NCBI GenBank assembly: GCA_964016885.1 | Contig: OZ024742.1 | Location: 38,998,001 to 39,062,000, forward strand | Direction: 5' to 3' | From: Eledone cirrhosa | Lineage: Eukaryota | Length of the DNA stretch: 64,000 nucleotides | Notes under the pieces: generated by a model | Told to the model about the DNA's origin: nothing | Database searches by the model: none | The model's input: only the letters and a program-made list of their open reading frames with translations | Program-made: the position numbers and the translations under genes | Shown here: positions 1 through 12,000 of the stretch, in pieces | How positions within the stretch are numbered: position 1 is the stretch's first letter | Layout: every line of letters begins with the position of its first letter

Positions 1-137
1 GGGCAAGTCGATTAAATCGACCCCAGTGCATTACAGGTGCTTTATTTACCGACCCCGTAAGGATGAAAGGCGGAACTAACCTCGGCAGGATTTGAATTTA
101 GAACGCAAAGGGCCGACGCTCTACCGATACTGCCACT
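1..137 (-). mobile_element. tRNA-derived SINE fragment (Nin/Deu-domain-like)
   Basis: Reverse complement matches the SINE copies at 6594 and 8681: head tggcagtatcggtagagcgtcgg, B-box-like ttcaaatcc, body gcctttcatccttacggggtcggtaaataaagcacc. Confidence 0.75.
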
Positions 138-146
138 GAACTAATA

Positions 147-283
147 ATGTTTCTACTTTTGGCACAAGGCCAGCAATTACCCAGTGTATTACTGGTACTT
201 TATTTTATCGACCCCGTAAGGATGAAAGGCAAATTTAACCTCGGCGGGATTTGAACTCAGATCATAAAGGGCCGTAACTAATA
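147..283 (-). mobile_element. tRNA-derived SINE fragment (same family)
   Basis: Minus strand reads gagttcaaatcccgccgaggttaaatttgcctttcatccttacggggtcgataaaataaagtaccagt. Confidence 0.75.
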
Positions 284-359
284 CAAGACAAAATGAACAG
301 TGAAGTAACAATATGATATATCAAGATATTAGCATGGTGGATAGGTTGGAAAATGAACA

Positions 360-394
<35 letters not shown>

Positions 395-637
395 TTTTCT
401 TTATTAACCACAAGGGTTTACATAAAGTAGACATTAAGGACAGTACAGGACAATACAGGACGGTACAAATGGGCATTTCTGCGTGTAAAAAAAACAGAGG
501 ATGAAATAAAATAACAAAGAAAAATTCCCCAATAGGGGGGAGACTTCCGAGGGACATTTGTGGAGAAAGCCCATTAAAAGACCACAGTGGCCCTGACCAC
601 CAGGGCAAGTGCCCTCTCCCAGTTTTCCACCTTTAAT

Positions 638-3600
638 TTACAGACACATACTCAGAGAAGGCCCATTCATTCGGGCCATACTTGCTTCTCTCACCCATCT
701 TTCAACAAAATGCTGGGAAGAGAGCACTTCCCTCTCTACCCTGATTTTCCTTTTCAGATGAAATTTGAAAAAGTTAATCAGAGCATCACCGAAGAGGTAA
801 GTGCTCGTCTTCAGCCCTTTCAAACGCGTCCACCATACTATCTCTTTCGCCATGGCCACCAGACAGATAAAAACTGCCTGCCCTTCCCGGCTAAAGGAAG
901 AGGGCGGGGCAATCCTCACGATGGACTCAGCTGATAGCTGGATCCGTCCTACACGTGACAGCAGGTGTTCGACATAAACCCACAAGTCAGCAATGCTCGG
1001 ACACTGGACGAGTGCGTGCAGGACGGTTTCGTCGCCCTGTGCGCATCTCGGACATGCCCGGCTGACGGCACCTCCATGTCTGTAAAGTTAATCCCGAACT
1101 GGCAAAGCACCCCGGTAGCACTGCCAGGCCAGGGATTTCTGGAAGTTGTCCATAGGCCCCGGCCCGAAAGTCCTTCCGAAGAGATTGGCTAGTTGATTTT
1201 CGTCGACGCCTAGAGTTTCTCCAAGTACGTCCTCGCTCTTCCCCTCCACTAATCCCCTATAGAACGCCAAGGTGGAGTTTCCACCGATCAGATTGCCCGA
1301 TTGGCCGAGGGCTGTGAGCGCCTGAAGACATTCCAGTCTCCAAGCGCTCCTTCTCGGTCTTCGCTTGACCCAGGACTGCAGCTCCGTCAAGGAGACGAGC
1401 TGGGGAAATACGTGTCTAGCAAACGGCGACCACATCTGATCACCGTCGAGGAAGAGGTGGAGATGTCGTAGCCTGAGCGCGTGTCTGCGCATCATCAGCC
1501 ACGGCATGCCCAGCCCTCCACGTAGCGGGTGTTGACAGCAGATGGACCTCCTGACCATCGGAGCGCGTCCCTTCCACAAGAAGCGAAAGAGCAAACGCTC
1601 CAGCGCAGTCAGGCGGGGCTTAGGACAAGGTACGACGGTCAGGCGGTAGTAGATGACGGACGCGATGTACGCGTTAACCACCTCCGCTCGACCTTTCAGG
1701 GATAGCTTCCTCTCGGCCCATTTCTGGGTGAGAGAAGCCACCCTGCTCGTCACCTCGTCCCAGTTTTTGTCCGTCTGGAGGTCTGGACCGAACCAGACCC
1801 CTAGCAATTTAACCGGTCCGTCCGTCCAGCGCCCGACGACGCTGTTGGACGGCATGGACCTGCCTCTCCAGGTGCCGAGCTGCAGGCCCACTGACTTTTC
1901 CTGGTTGATCATTGCTCCTGTCACCGCTTCGTATTCTCTTAGTGTAGTGCCGATCGCCTCGATGTGTTTGGCGTTCGACACCACTACGGTGACATCGTCG
2001 GCATATGCTGACACGGATCTTCCGCATCCTAGTTCGCGCGGGATCCCCCTCAACGTCTCCAGTTTGTGCAGTAATGGCTCAAGAGTCAATACGGACAATA
2101 GGGACGAGAGGGGACATCCTTGGTGGACCGAGCGCATGATGTTGAACGGTTCCGAAAGGTGACCGTTCACTCTCACTACAGAGCAGATGTTGCTGTGCAT
2201 GGCAGTGATCCAGCCTCTGAAGACGGGCCCAAAGCCAGCCGCCCTCAGGACTGCCGCTAGGTAACGATGGTCGACCCTATCGAAGGCTTTCGACTGATCT
2301 AAATTGATCAAAGACCCACCCGTGTCAGGTTCCCTAGCTACCCTCTCTACGATGTATCGCATGAGGTGGAGGTTGTCGTGGATGGATCTGTCGGGAATGG
2401 CGCATGTCTGTGCCTCTCCCACCAGACCACCAACGACAAGCGCCAACCTGTTTGCTAGCACCTTGGCCAAAATCTTGAACTCTGTGTTTAGCAGAGTTAT
2501 AGGCCAAAAATTATCTATGTTATCCCCCTTGTTCGGATCCTTTCTCAGCAGCGCCACCGCTCCTCGGCTCACAGAGCTGGGAATTCTCCCGTTCTGTTGC
2601 CAGTTGCAGTAGACGTCCGCCAAGAGGCCTCCGAACAAGTTTGGCATTTGTACGTAAAGTTCATAGGGCAGACCATCCAAACCAGGCGATTTACCCCTTG
2701 TGCAACTAGTCATTGCATCCCGTACTTCAGCGGTTGTTATCGGCTTTTCGCAACACTCCGCCTCAGTGGCCGAAAGCCGCGGCAGTCCGTCGAGGTAGAC
2801 ACTAAAGTCCATCCCTCGATCTGTCCCGCCACTGCCCCCGAACACTTGAGCGAAGTGTCGCTGAAAAGCTTCACACATTTGCCCGGGATCGAGTAGCATG
2901 CGCCCGTCGTGGTCCACCAAAGACCGGATCGTGGCTTTGTTGCCACAACGCGCCTCCGCCACTCGGGCCCATTGAACGGCTTTCGTCCCCTCGTGTCTGA
3001 GAGCACGCACCCTAGCTCTGACAACGCAGCCTTCGTGCTTTGCATTGAAGAATTGGTCAAGGGCCAATTTCGCCGCAAGTACGTCGGTCGCGATGCCTTT
3101 GCTAAGCGCCTCATCTAATTTTCTAACTAATTCTCCCTCTGCTCTATTTTTCTCTATTGCTAAAGTCTTACTAAACCTAATGGACTCTATTCTAATTGCT
3201 CTTTTCAGAGCAAACCACCACTTGTTGTTGACGATAGCCCCCGTCAACGCCCGCTTAACTAGTTCGCTAATCCGGTCTCTGTAGGCCTTGCGCGCTGGTA
3301 AGGACGCGTTTAGCTTCCAGTAGCCGGGTCCTCGTCTATGAAGCCTATCTAAGTCAAGCACACAGATCACGAATTTGTGGTCCGTGTAGCTGACTATCTT
3401 GAATTGTGGACAGCCTATGCTAGACCTATCTATTTCCCTACAAAATACTCTATCTAGATATGATCTGGATGACCCTATGCGATTTGTTCAATTCCACATT
3501 GGCACATTCGGGAAATCCAATCGGTACCTGTCAGACAGTTCAAAACGCCTGAGCAGGTTGGTGAGGCTCTTTCACCCTCCACCCCTATCCGCTAATCCCA

Positions 3601-4057
3601 CACAGTCCCAGCGTGCATCTAAGATCCCGTTCCAGTCGTCCACTAACACTAAAGAGCGGGACGTTCCAAGAAAGGTCTCCAGACGCCGGAAGAAATCAGG
3701 CCGCCCTGCTCCTGTCGGGGCATAGACGGCCACTAGCCTGAAAGCTTGCCCGTCTCCGCTGGTCACGTCCAGCACCACCAACTTACCCTCTGGGTCCAGG
3801 AAGATGGCCCGTATGGCGAGATCCAAACCTCTCCGAAAAAGCACAGCAACTCCTCCCCCCGATCCAGGACGGCTGGGAGATGCGTACACATCGTAGCCGC
3901 CGAAGATCGGTGCGAAGGCCCGTGCTTCGGAGATTCTGGTCTCGCTGATGGCCACTACATCTATGTTTAGTGACCTGAGGTCGTTGAGCAGGTGACCCTG
4001 CTTCCATGACGACCCCAAGCCACGCGCATTTATGCTGCCTATTCTGAGTGAGGTCAT
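638..4057 (-). pseudogene. ORF2 (APE endonuclease + reverse transcriptase + C-terminal CCHC), frameshifted
   Basis: 3572-4057 has GSINARGL, ISETR, VAVYAP; 1088-3370 has SPGLDGLP, DQSKAFDRVDH, QGCPLS, AYADD; a shifted frame near 1000-1060 gives CPRCAQGDETVLHALVQC; the end is in ORF 638-985. Confidence 0.9.
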
Positions 4058-4092
4058 GTTTAAAATAGAGTGGAAAAGATGGGAAAGACCAC

Positions 4093-6058
4093 TTACCGTA
4101 CTTTTAGTAGAGGAGGGATGGTTTTTACATCCCTTTTCACTTGATCGTCTGGTGAAGGGACCGTTGAATCGCCCCTTCGGCTGGTCATCGGCTCTTCTAT
4201 GAGTATGTCCGAATATACTCTTCGGTTGATAGTTCCTCCTAGGTCTCTGAAATCACCAACTGCGTTGGAGAATTTCGTTTTAATGTTTGTGTATTGTTTC
4301 TGTGCTATTTTTAGCAGTCTTATTTTAGTTGGCGTTTTGATTGGTGCTGGTATTATGTAGTCGTGTTGTGAAATGTCTGTGTGTTCAATTATGTAAGTCA
4401 TTAGTTTCTTGTTGTGTGTATTTATTGCCGTGCATTTGTTTTTCTGGGGGTGGGGTGTGGTTCTGCTATTTTCTTGTCGTTTTTGCTGGGTGTGTGTGTT
4501 TTGTTGTTGTGTTTGCGATGTGCCTTCTGCTTCTGCGTTTGTGCCTTCTTACGACCTTTTGCCATCCCTCTCCCACCTCACACTCCATGTCTGATTCTGT
4601 GAGGTCGGGGAGGGGTACCAGCTCCACTCTTTCACTTGTTGTTGTTGGTGATGTTTGCACTGGAGTCTCTGTTGCAGCTGCATTTGGTATTGCTGTTGTT
4701 AATACTTCCACTGCTGCTGCTGTTTTTGATTTCCGTGGCATGGGTATGGGTGCCACGGACCTATCGTTCCTGGTTGCCGCTTGTCCTGTTGCTGGTAGCC
4801 GTGGAGCCGGTTTCGGAAGGAGGGGGGGTTTTCTCCTTTCTCAGGTTCTTCTCGTTGCAGAAGGCCCTGAGGTGAGTCTTCGATCCACAGCGAAAGCATT
4901 TCGGGCGTTTGCCCTCAACACTTATGGGCAGTTGAGTGCTGTTATCGAAGTCTATCACATCCGGGATAGCTTCGATGCACTCCTGGTTGGTTTGGATTAA
5001 CATCTCAATGGAGGTGCCGACCCAATCTTCTCTTACTTTTTCTGTACTTGCAGTACAGTTGTTTTGTCCTCGATTCCGACGAGGACAGACGCGGCCAGCC
5101 AAGAAGGGGCCATCCCGGGGTGGTGGGGTGGGGGTGGGGGGGGGGGGGGGGGGACGTGGGTCAGTTTGACCCTCACAATTTTTTGCCCGCAGTAGGAGGG
5201 CACCAACACCATTTCCTCGCTCCTTAGGGTCACTACGGATCGAGCCTTTGCCTCCTGGGGTGTGGCAAAAAGTACGTCTACGGTGGCATATTTCTTGCCT
5301 CGGGTGATGTGTGTTTTCCGCTGCCACACAGACCCCAAGGCTTTTTGTATTTGAGCCTCTAAGGCTCTTTCCACCCTACGGAATTTTGTACTTACTGTAC
5401 GGTACGTGACCGTACAGTGCTGCTGGGCTTCGAAAAATTTTTCCGCTGCCTTGCAGATTGCTCTTTGTCCAGTTTCTGTCACCATCTTCTTCGCTTCCTC
5501 TAATTCCTCATTTGTTATGAGGATTGTTTCCAGGTTCTTCGCGATACCTGCAAACGAGATTGGTTTTTTTTTACTGCTGTTGTTGTTGTTGTTGTTGTCG
5601 TCAGAGCTGCTGTTACTTTTGTTGTTGCTGCAGGTACTACGACTACTGCTGCCGCCGCTGTTGCTGTGGTTGTTGTTGTTGTTGCTGCTGCTAATGCTGT
5701 TGTTGTTTATGCTGCTGCTGATGATGTTGCGGCTGCTACTGTTGTTTTCATTGTCACTGCTGCTGTTGTTATTACGGCTGCTACTGCTATTATTCCTGAC
5801 GTCAGACGAATGAAATGGGTTTTCGTATTTCCCGCACACCTGTTTCGTCGTCGTTGTCGTCGTCGTCGTGGAGAAATCTTGCACGCTTTGCACGAGACTT
5901 TTCTTTTCTGTCGTCGCTTGCGAAAGAGAAGGGAGGGAGAGAGACACATTTAAAGAAGGGAGGGAGAGAGACAATCTTCTCTCTGCTGTAGTGACGATTG
6001 AGGAAGAAGAAGACGGAATGAGTGGGAGTGACCCATGAAAATTCTTTTTCGTAGCCAT
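4093..6058 (-). pseudogene. ORF1 (gag-like zinc-knuckle protein), frameshifted
   Basis: Pieces 5033-6097, 4761-5327 (CFRCGSKTHLRAFC = CX2CX4HX4C), 4466-4756 and 4093-4401. N/S-rich N-terminus. Resembles ORF1 at 48673-49545 (ISVEG[KR]RP-C). Confidence 0.75.
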
Positions 6059-6277
6059 GTTGTTTTTTTTTTTGTTTAAAATAAATATTGGGCACAAAAC
6101 CCCAATAAGCAGTTATTTAACCCCGAAGGGCCAAATAACGGGCAGAAAGACCCCTCTCACGAGGAGGAGGGTGTTTTTGTCTACAAGTTGGTAAAAGTTT
6201 TAAACAATTTACAATTGTTATAGCGTTCAAAATTTACAATACCTTACAGAGCCGAGCCTCCGTCAACCATAGCATTC

Positions 6278-6317
<40 letters not shown>

Positions 6318-6593
6318 GAGTCTAGTACTGGTACTTTATTTCAGTATGTTAAGAGAGTTAATGCCATTTGATGTTTACAACAGCTATTACAAGCTTTTCT
6401 TGTTGTTGGTGTTAGAGAAGTTCCGTTGATAATTTTACGATATATTGTATGACTAAATCAATTTGATGCTCAATCAGCTTCATCCGGAACTTCATATATT
6501 GCTGCTGTGTCATATAAATTTATATTTGTATAAATAGGGAACAGTTATATTAACAACGCAACTGTATCTAAGTTTGGTATTATTTAATCAAAA

Positions 6594-6780
6594 GGCGGTG
6601 AATTGGTAGTATCGGTGGAGGGTCGGACGCCATGCTTTCCAGCATAGTTATGTCCCTTTACGGTCTGAGTTCAAATCCCGTCGTGGTTAACTTTGCCTTT
6701 CATCCTTATGGGGTCGATAAAATAAAGTACCAGTAATGCACTGGGTTAATTGGTGGCCTTGCGCCAAAAGTAGAAACAAT
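6594..6780 (+). mobile_element. tRNA-derived SINE (Nin/Deu-like)
   Basis: ggcggtgaattggtagtatcgg head, gagttcaaatccc B-box, ctttgcctttcatccttatggggtcgataaaataaagtacc body. Confidence 0.8.
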
Positions 6781-7192
6781 TTTTTAATCAAAAACAAAGA
6801 AATGATTATTTCAGGATATTTCCTATTTCCTCAATATTTGTTTATATTTGGTTGGGAAAATAGGGTTTTTAAACCCACATGTCTGTTAACGTTAGAAAAC
6901 CTTGACAGCCTTATCTTCAGAATAAGAATGATTGCGCGTTTCGATTAGAACTACACGTTTGTATTCACCTGTACTGTTTATTTTCTGCTCGGCTACTTTG
7001 CAGTTGTGTTGACTTTGCAGTTATGTATCTCAACGGCGACTCAAAGAATTTCTTTGAAGGCGCTCTACCACATGGCATAAATAATACAACTCCACTCTAA
7101 CGTACGAAATTGTATTTACAGAGGGTGGCTGAAGAGGAGAGAGATGCTTGTGTTCGTTTGTCGCTTGTTTGTTTTCCATGTGCATCTTTTGC

Positions 7193-7423
<231 letters not shown>

Positions 7424-7514
7424 GTAATAATAATAAAATTGAAGACTAAAATCCAAAGAGGGCTCGATAAGGAAAATATATATCAAATATATAAGAACCG
7501 TAGAGCAAATATTA

Positions 7515-7784
7515 ATTAAAATAACAGATTAAAGTTTAAGCAAAGAATCGCTGCTTTCACCCTTAACGGGATCTTCTGAAACTAACAAAGTCAATCTGTA
7601 AACGCAGAACTGGATATTTCAAAAAACGTTGCAACCGGAGGTAGACAGGAAGACGATACTCCGGTTGCAACGTTTTTTGAAATATCCAGTTCTGCGTTTA
7701 CAGATTGACTTTGTTAGTTTCAGAAGATCCCGTTAAGGGTGAAAGCAGCGATTCTTTGCTTAAACTTTAATCTGTTATTTTAAT
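7515..7784. repeat. Perfect 126-bp inverted repeat with 18-bp spacer
   Basis: 7515-7640 is the reverse complement of 7659-7784. Confidence 0.95.
7700..7775 (+). ncRNA. Type I hammerhead-like fold with variant core (CAGAAGA); mirror copy on minus at 7524-7599
   Basis: AGUUU-CAGAAGA-U-CCC(GUUAA)GGG-U-GAAA-GCA(9 nt)UGC-UU-AAACU, plus outer stem ACAGAUUGA/UUAAUCUGU. Confidence 0.55.
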
Positions 7785-7870
7785 AAATAAATATATATAT
7801 ATATATATATATATGTAGGAGGTGAGTTTTATTGTAGTACAATAAAGCAATTATCTGATGAAATAAAGCA

Positions 7871-7932
7871 ATTATCTGATGAAAACACAAATATTATTGC
7901 ATGATGATGTTTGTTTTTGAAATGCGCATAAT
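7871..7932 (+). ncRNA. Decayed hammerhead-like motif
   Basis: AUUAU-CUGAUGA-(~16-bp stem II)-GAAA-UGCG-C-AUAAU; the conserved U16.1 is missing. Confidence 0.4.
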
Positions 7933-7968
7933 AAAATACATGGAACTCCTTTAACCATCTTTTGATCT

Positions 7969-8360
<392 letters not shown>

Positions 8361-8680
8361 TATATATCTTTTTTCGGTACTACTCGTTGCTAAACTCCTG
8401 AAACAAGGGAACGAGACGCCTTATTTAATAGCTAAGAAAGGAAATTGAAGAATTATCTTGCAAATATAGAATAAATGATAGAATGAGGGATATAAAAAAT
8501 GTATATATTATTGCATTTGATGTTTTCATCATAGCTTGGGCGTTCCCATGATGGAAAGAAAGTTCAGTTTAAATAGACAAAGCAAGTAAATCGAGTAAGA
8601 GTATACATCTTAGAACTATTAAGTATATTCTTCTATGCAATATGGCTGCATATATTCTCATTATTTATATCGTGGAGTAG

Positions 8681-8900
8681 GGGCGGTGGATTGGCAGTAT
8701 CGGTAGAGGGTCGGACGCCATGCTTTGCAGCATAGAGTTACGGCCCTTTATGATCTGAGTTCAATCCCGCAGAGGTTAACTTTGCCATTCATCCTTACGA
8801 GGTTGATAAAATAAAGTACCAGTCACGCACTGGGGTCGATTTAATCGACTTTCCCCTGCCCCACCAAAATTGTTGGCTTTGTGCCTAAATCAGAAATAAT
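8681..8900 (+). mobile_element. tRNA-derived SINE (Nin/Deu-like), near full length
   Basis: Head, B-box, body and the gtcgatttaatcgac hairpin tail are shared with the other copies. Confidence 0.8.
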
Positions 8901-8918
8901 TATTTATATGGCGGAGTA

Positions 8919-9037
8919 GGGCGGTGAGTTGGCAGAATCAGTAGAGCTTCGCGGCATAGAGTTATGTTCTGATTTCAAATCCCGCCGAGGTCGATGAAAT
9001 AAAGGACCAGTAACACATGGGTCGATGTAATCGACTC
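8919..9037 (+). mobile_element. Internally deleted copy of the same SINE
   Basis: gggcggtgagttggcagaatcag...ttcaaatcccgccgaggtcgatgaaataaaggaccag...gtcgatgtaatcgac. Confidence 0.7.
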
Positions 9038-9046
9038 ACGAAAATA

Positions 9047-12000
9047 GTGGATAGGCCAGGGTAGTGAGTTGGCAGTGTTGTTAGAGTGTCGGAAGGTGGT
9101 GGATAGGCCAGGGTAGTGAGTTGGCAGTGTTGTTAGAGTGTCGGAAGGTGGTGGATTGGTCAGGGTAGTGGGTTGGCAGTGTTGTTAGAGTGTCGGAAGG
9201 TGGTGGATTGGCCAGGGTAGTGGGTTGGCAGTGTTGTTAGAGTGTCGGAAGGTGGTGGATTGGTCAGGGTAGTGAGTTGGCAGTGTTGTTAGAGTGTCGG
9301 AAGGTGGTGGATTGGTCAGGGTAGTGAGTTGGCAGTGTTGTTAGAGTGTCGGAAGGTGGTGGATTGGCCAGGGTCGTGAGTTGGCAGTGTTGTTAGAGTG
9401 TCGGAAGGTGGTGGATTGGTCAGGGTAGTGGGTTGGCAAGGGTAGTGGGTTGGCAGTGTTGTTAGAGTGTCGGAAGGTGGTGGATTGGTCAGGGTAGTGG
9501 GTTGGCAGTGTTGTTAGAGTGTCGGAAGGTGGTGGATTGGCCAGGGTAGTGGGTTGGCAGTGTTGTTAGAGTGTCGGAAGGTGGTGGATTGGCAAGGGTA
9601 GTGGGTTGGCAGTGTTGTTAGAGTGTCGGAAGGTGGTGGATTGGTCAGGGTAGTGGGTTGGCAGTGTTGTTAGAGTGTCGGAAGGTGGTGGATAGGTCAG
9701 GGTAGTGAGTTGGCAGTGTTGTTAGAGTGTCGGAAGGTGGTGGATTGGTCAGGGTAGTGAGTTGGCAGTGTTGTTAGAGTGTCGGAAGGTGGTGGATTGG
9801 CAAGGGTAGTGGGTTGGCAGTGTTGTTAGAGTGTCGGAAGGTGGTGGATAGGTCAGGGTAGTGAGTTGGCAGTGTTGTTAGAGTGTCGGAAGGTGGTGGA
9901 TTGGTCAGGGTAGTGAGTTGGCAGTGTTGTTAGAGTGTCGGAAGGTGGTGGATTGGCCAGGGTAGTGGGTTGGCAGTGTTGTTAGAGTGTCGGAAGGTGG
10001 TGGATAGGTCAGGGTAGTGAGTTGGCAGTGTTGTTAGAGTGTCGGAAGGTGGTGGATAGGTCAGGGTAGTGAGTTGGCAGTGTTGTTAGAGTGTCGGAAG
10101 GTGGTGGATAGGTCAGGGTAGTGAGTTGGCAGTGTTGTTAGAGTGTCGGAAGGTGGTGGATTGGCAAGGGTAGTGGGTTGGCAGTGTTGTTAGAGTGTCG
10201 GAAGGTGGTGGATAGGTCAGGGTAGTGAGTTGGCAGTGTTGTTAGAGTGTCGGAAGGTGGTGGATAGGTCAGGGTAGTGAGTTGGCAGTGTTGTTAGAGT
10301 GTCGGAAGGTGGTGGATTGGCCAGGGTAGTGGGTTGGCAGTGTTGTTAGAGTGTCGGAAGGTGGTGGATTGGTCAGGGTAGTGAGTTGGCAGTGTTGTTA
10401 GAGTGTCGGAAGGTGGTGGATTGGCAAGGGTAGTGGGTTGGCAGTGTTGTTAGAGTGTCGGAAGGTGGTGGATAGGTCAGGGTAGTGAGTTGGCAGTGTT
10501 GTTAGAGTGTCGGAAGGTGGTGGATAGGTCAGGGTAGTGAGTTGGCAGTGTTGTTAGAGTGTCGGAAGGTGGTGGATAGGTCAGGGTAGTGAGTTGGCAG
10601 TGTTGTTAGAGTGTCGGAAGGTGGTGGATTGGCAAGGGTAGTGGGTTGGCAGTGTTGTTAGAGTGTCGGAAGGTGGTGGATAGGTCAGGGTAGTGAGTTG
10701 GCAGTGTTGTTAGAGTGTCGGAAGGTGGTGGATAGGTCAGGGTAGTGAGTTGGCAGTGTTGTTAGAGTGTCGGAAGGTGGTGGATAGGTCAGGGTAGTGA
10801 GTTGGCAGTGTTGTTAGAGTGTCGGAAGGTGGTGGATTGGCAAGGGTAGTGGGTTGGCAGTGTTGTTAGAGTGTCGGAAGGTGGTGGATAGGTCAGGGTA
10901 GTGAGTTGGCAGTGTTGTTAGAGTGTCGGAAGGTGGTGGATAGGTCAGGGTAGTGAGTTGGCAGTGTTGTTAGAGTGTCGGAAGGTGGTGGATTGGCCAG
11001 GGTAGTGGGTTGGCAGTGTTGTTAGAGTGTCGGAAGGTGGTGGATTGGTCAGGGTAGTGAGTTGGCAGTGTTGTTAGAGTGTCGGAAGGTGGTGGATTGG
11101 TCAGGGTAGTGAGTTGGCAGTGTTGTTAGAGTGTCGGAAGGTGGTGGATTGGTCAGGGTAGTGAGTTGGCAGTGTTGTTAGAGTGTCGGAAGGTGGTGGA
11201 TTGGTCAGGGTAGTGAGTTGGCAGTGTTGTTAGAGTGTCGGGAGGTGGTGGATTGGCCAGGGTAGTGAGTTGGCAGTGTTGTTAGAGTGTCGGAAGGTGG
11301 TGGATTGGCCAGGGTAGTGGGTTGGCAGTGTTGTTAGAGTGTCGGAAGGTGGTGGATTGGTCAGGGTAGTGAGTTGGCAGTGTTGTTAGAGTGTCGGAAG
11401 GTGGTGGATAGGCCAGGGTAGTGAGTTGGCAGTGTTGTTAGAGTGTCGGAAGGTGGTGGATTGGCCAGGGTAGTGAGTTGGCAGTGTTGTTAGAGTGTCG
11501 GAAGGTGGTGGATTGGTCAGGGTAGTGGGTTGGCAGTGTTGTTAGAGTGTCGGAAGGTGGTGGATTGGTCAGGGTAGTGAGTTGGCAGTGTTGTTAGAGT
11601 GTCGGAAGGTGGTGGATTGGCCAGGGTAGTGAGTTGGCAGTGTTGTTAGAGTGTCGGAAGGTGGTGGATAGGCCAGGGTAGTGAGTTGGCAGTGTTGTTA
11701 GAGTGTCGGAAGGTGGTGGATTGGTCAGGGTAGTGAGTTGGCAGTGTTGTTAGAGTGTCAGAAGGTGGTGGATTGGCCAGGGTAGTGAGTTGGCAGTGTT
11801 GTTAGAGTGTCGGAAGGTGGTGGATTGGCCAGGGTAGTGGGTTGGCAGTGTTGTTAGAGTGTCGGAAGGTGGTGGATTGGCCAGGGTAGTGAGTTGGCAG
11901 TGTTGTTAGAGTGTCGGAAGGTGGTGGATTGGTCAGGGTAGTGGGTTGGCAGTGTTGTTAGAGTGTCGGAAGGTGGTGGATTGGCCAGGGTAGTGAGTTG

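Larger units (their letters stand above)
393..6277 (-). mobile_element. Apparently full-length, frameshifted L1/Tx1-like non-LTR retrotransposon inserted in (AAT)n
   Basis: ORF1 with a CCHC knuckle, ORF2 with APE-RT-CCHC, AATAAA just before the 3' end, and (AAT)n on both flanks (361-392, 6278-6316). Confidence 0.9.

Noticed and set aside
1653-5813. Plus-strand ORFs over the Tx1-like element (likewise over the other LINEs)
   Set aside because: Antisense shadows of coding or low-complexity sequence, with no motifs.
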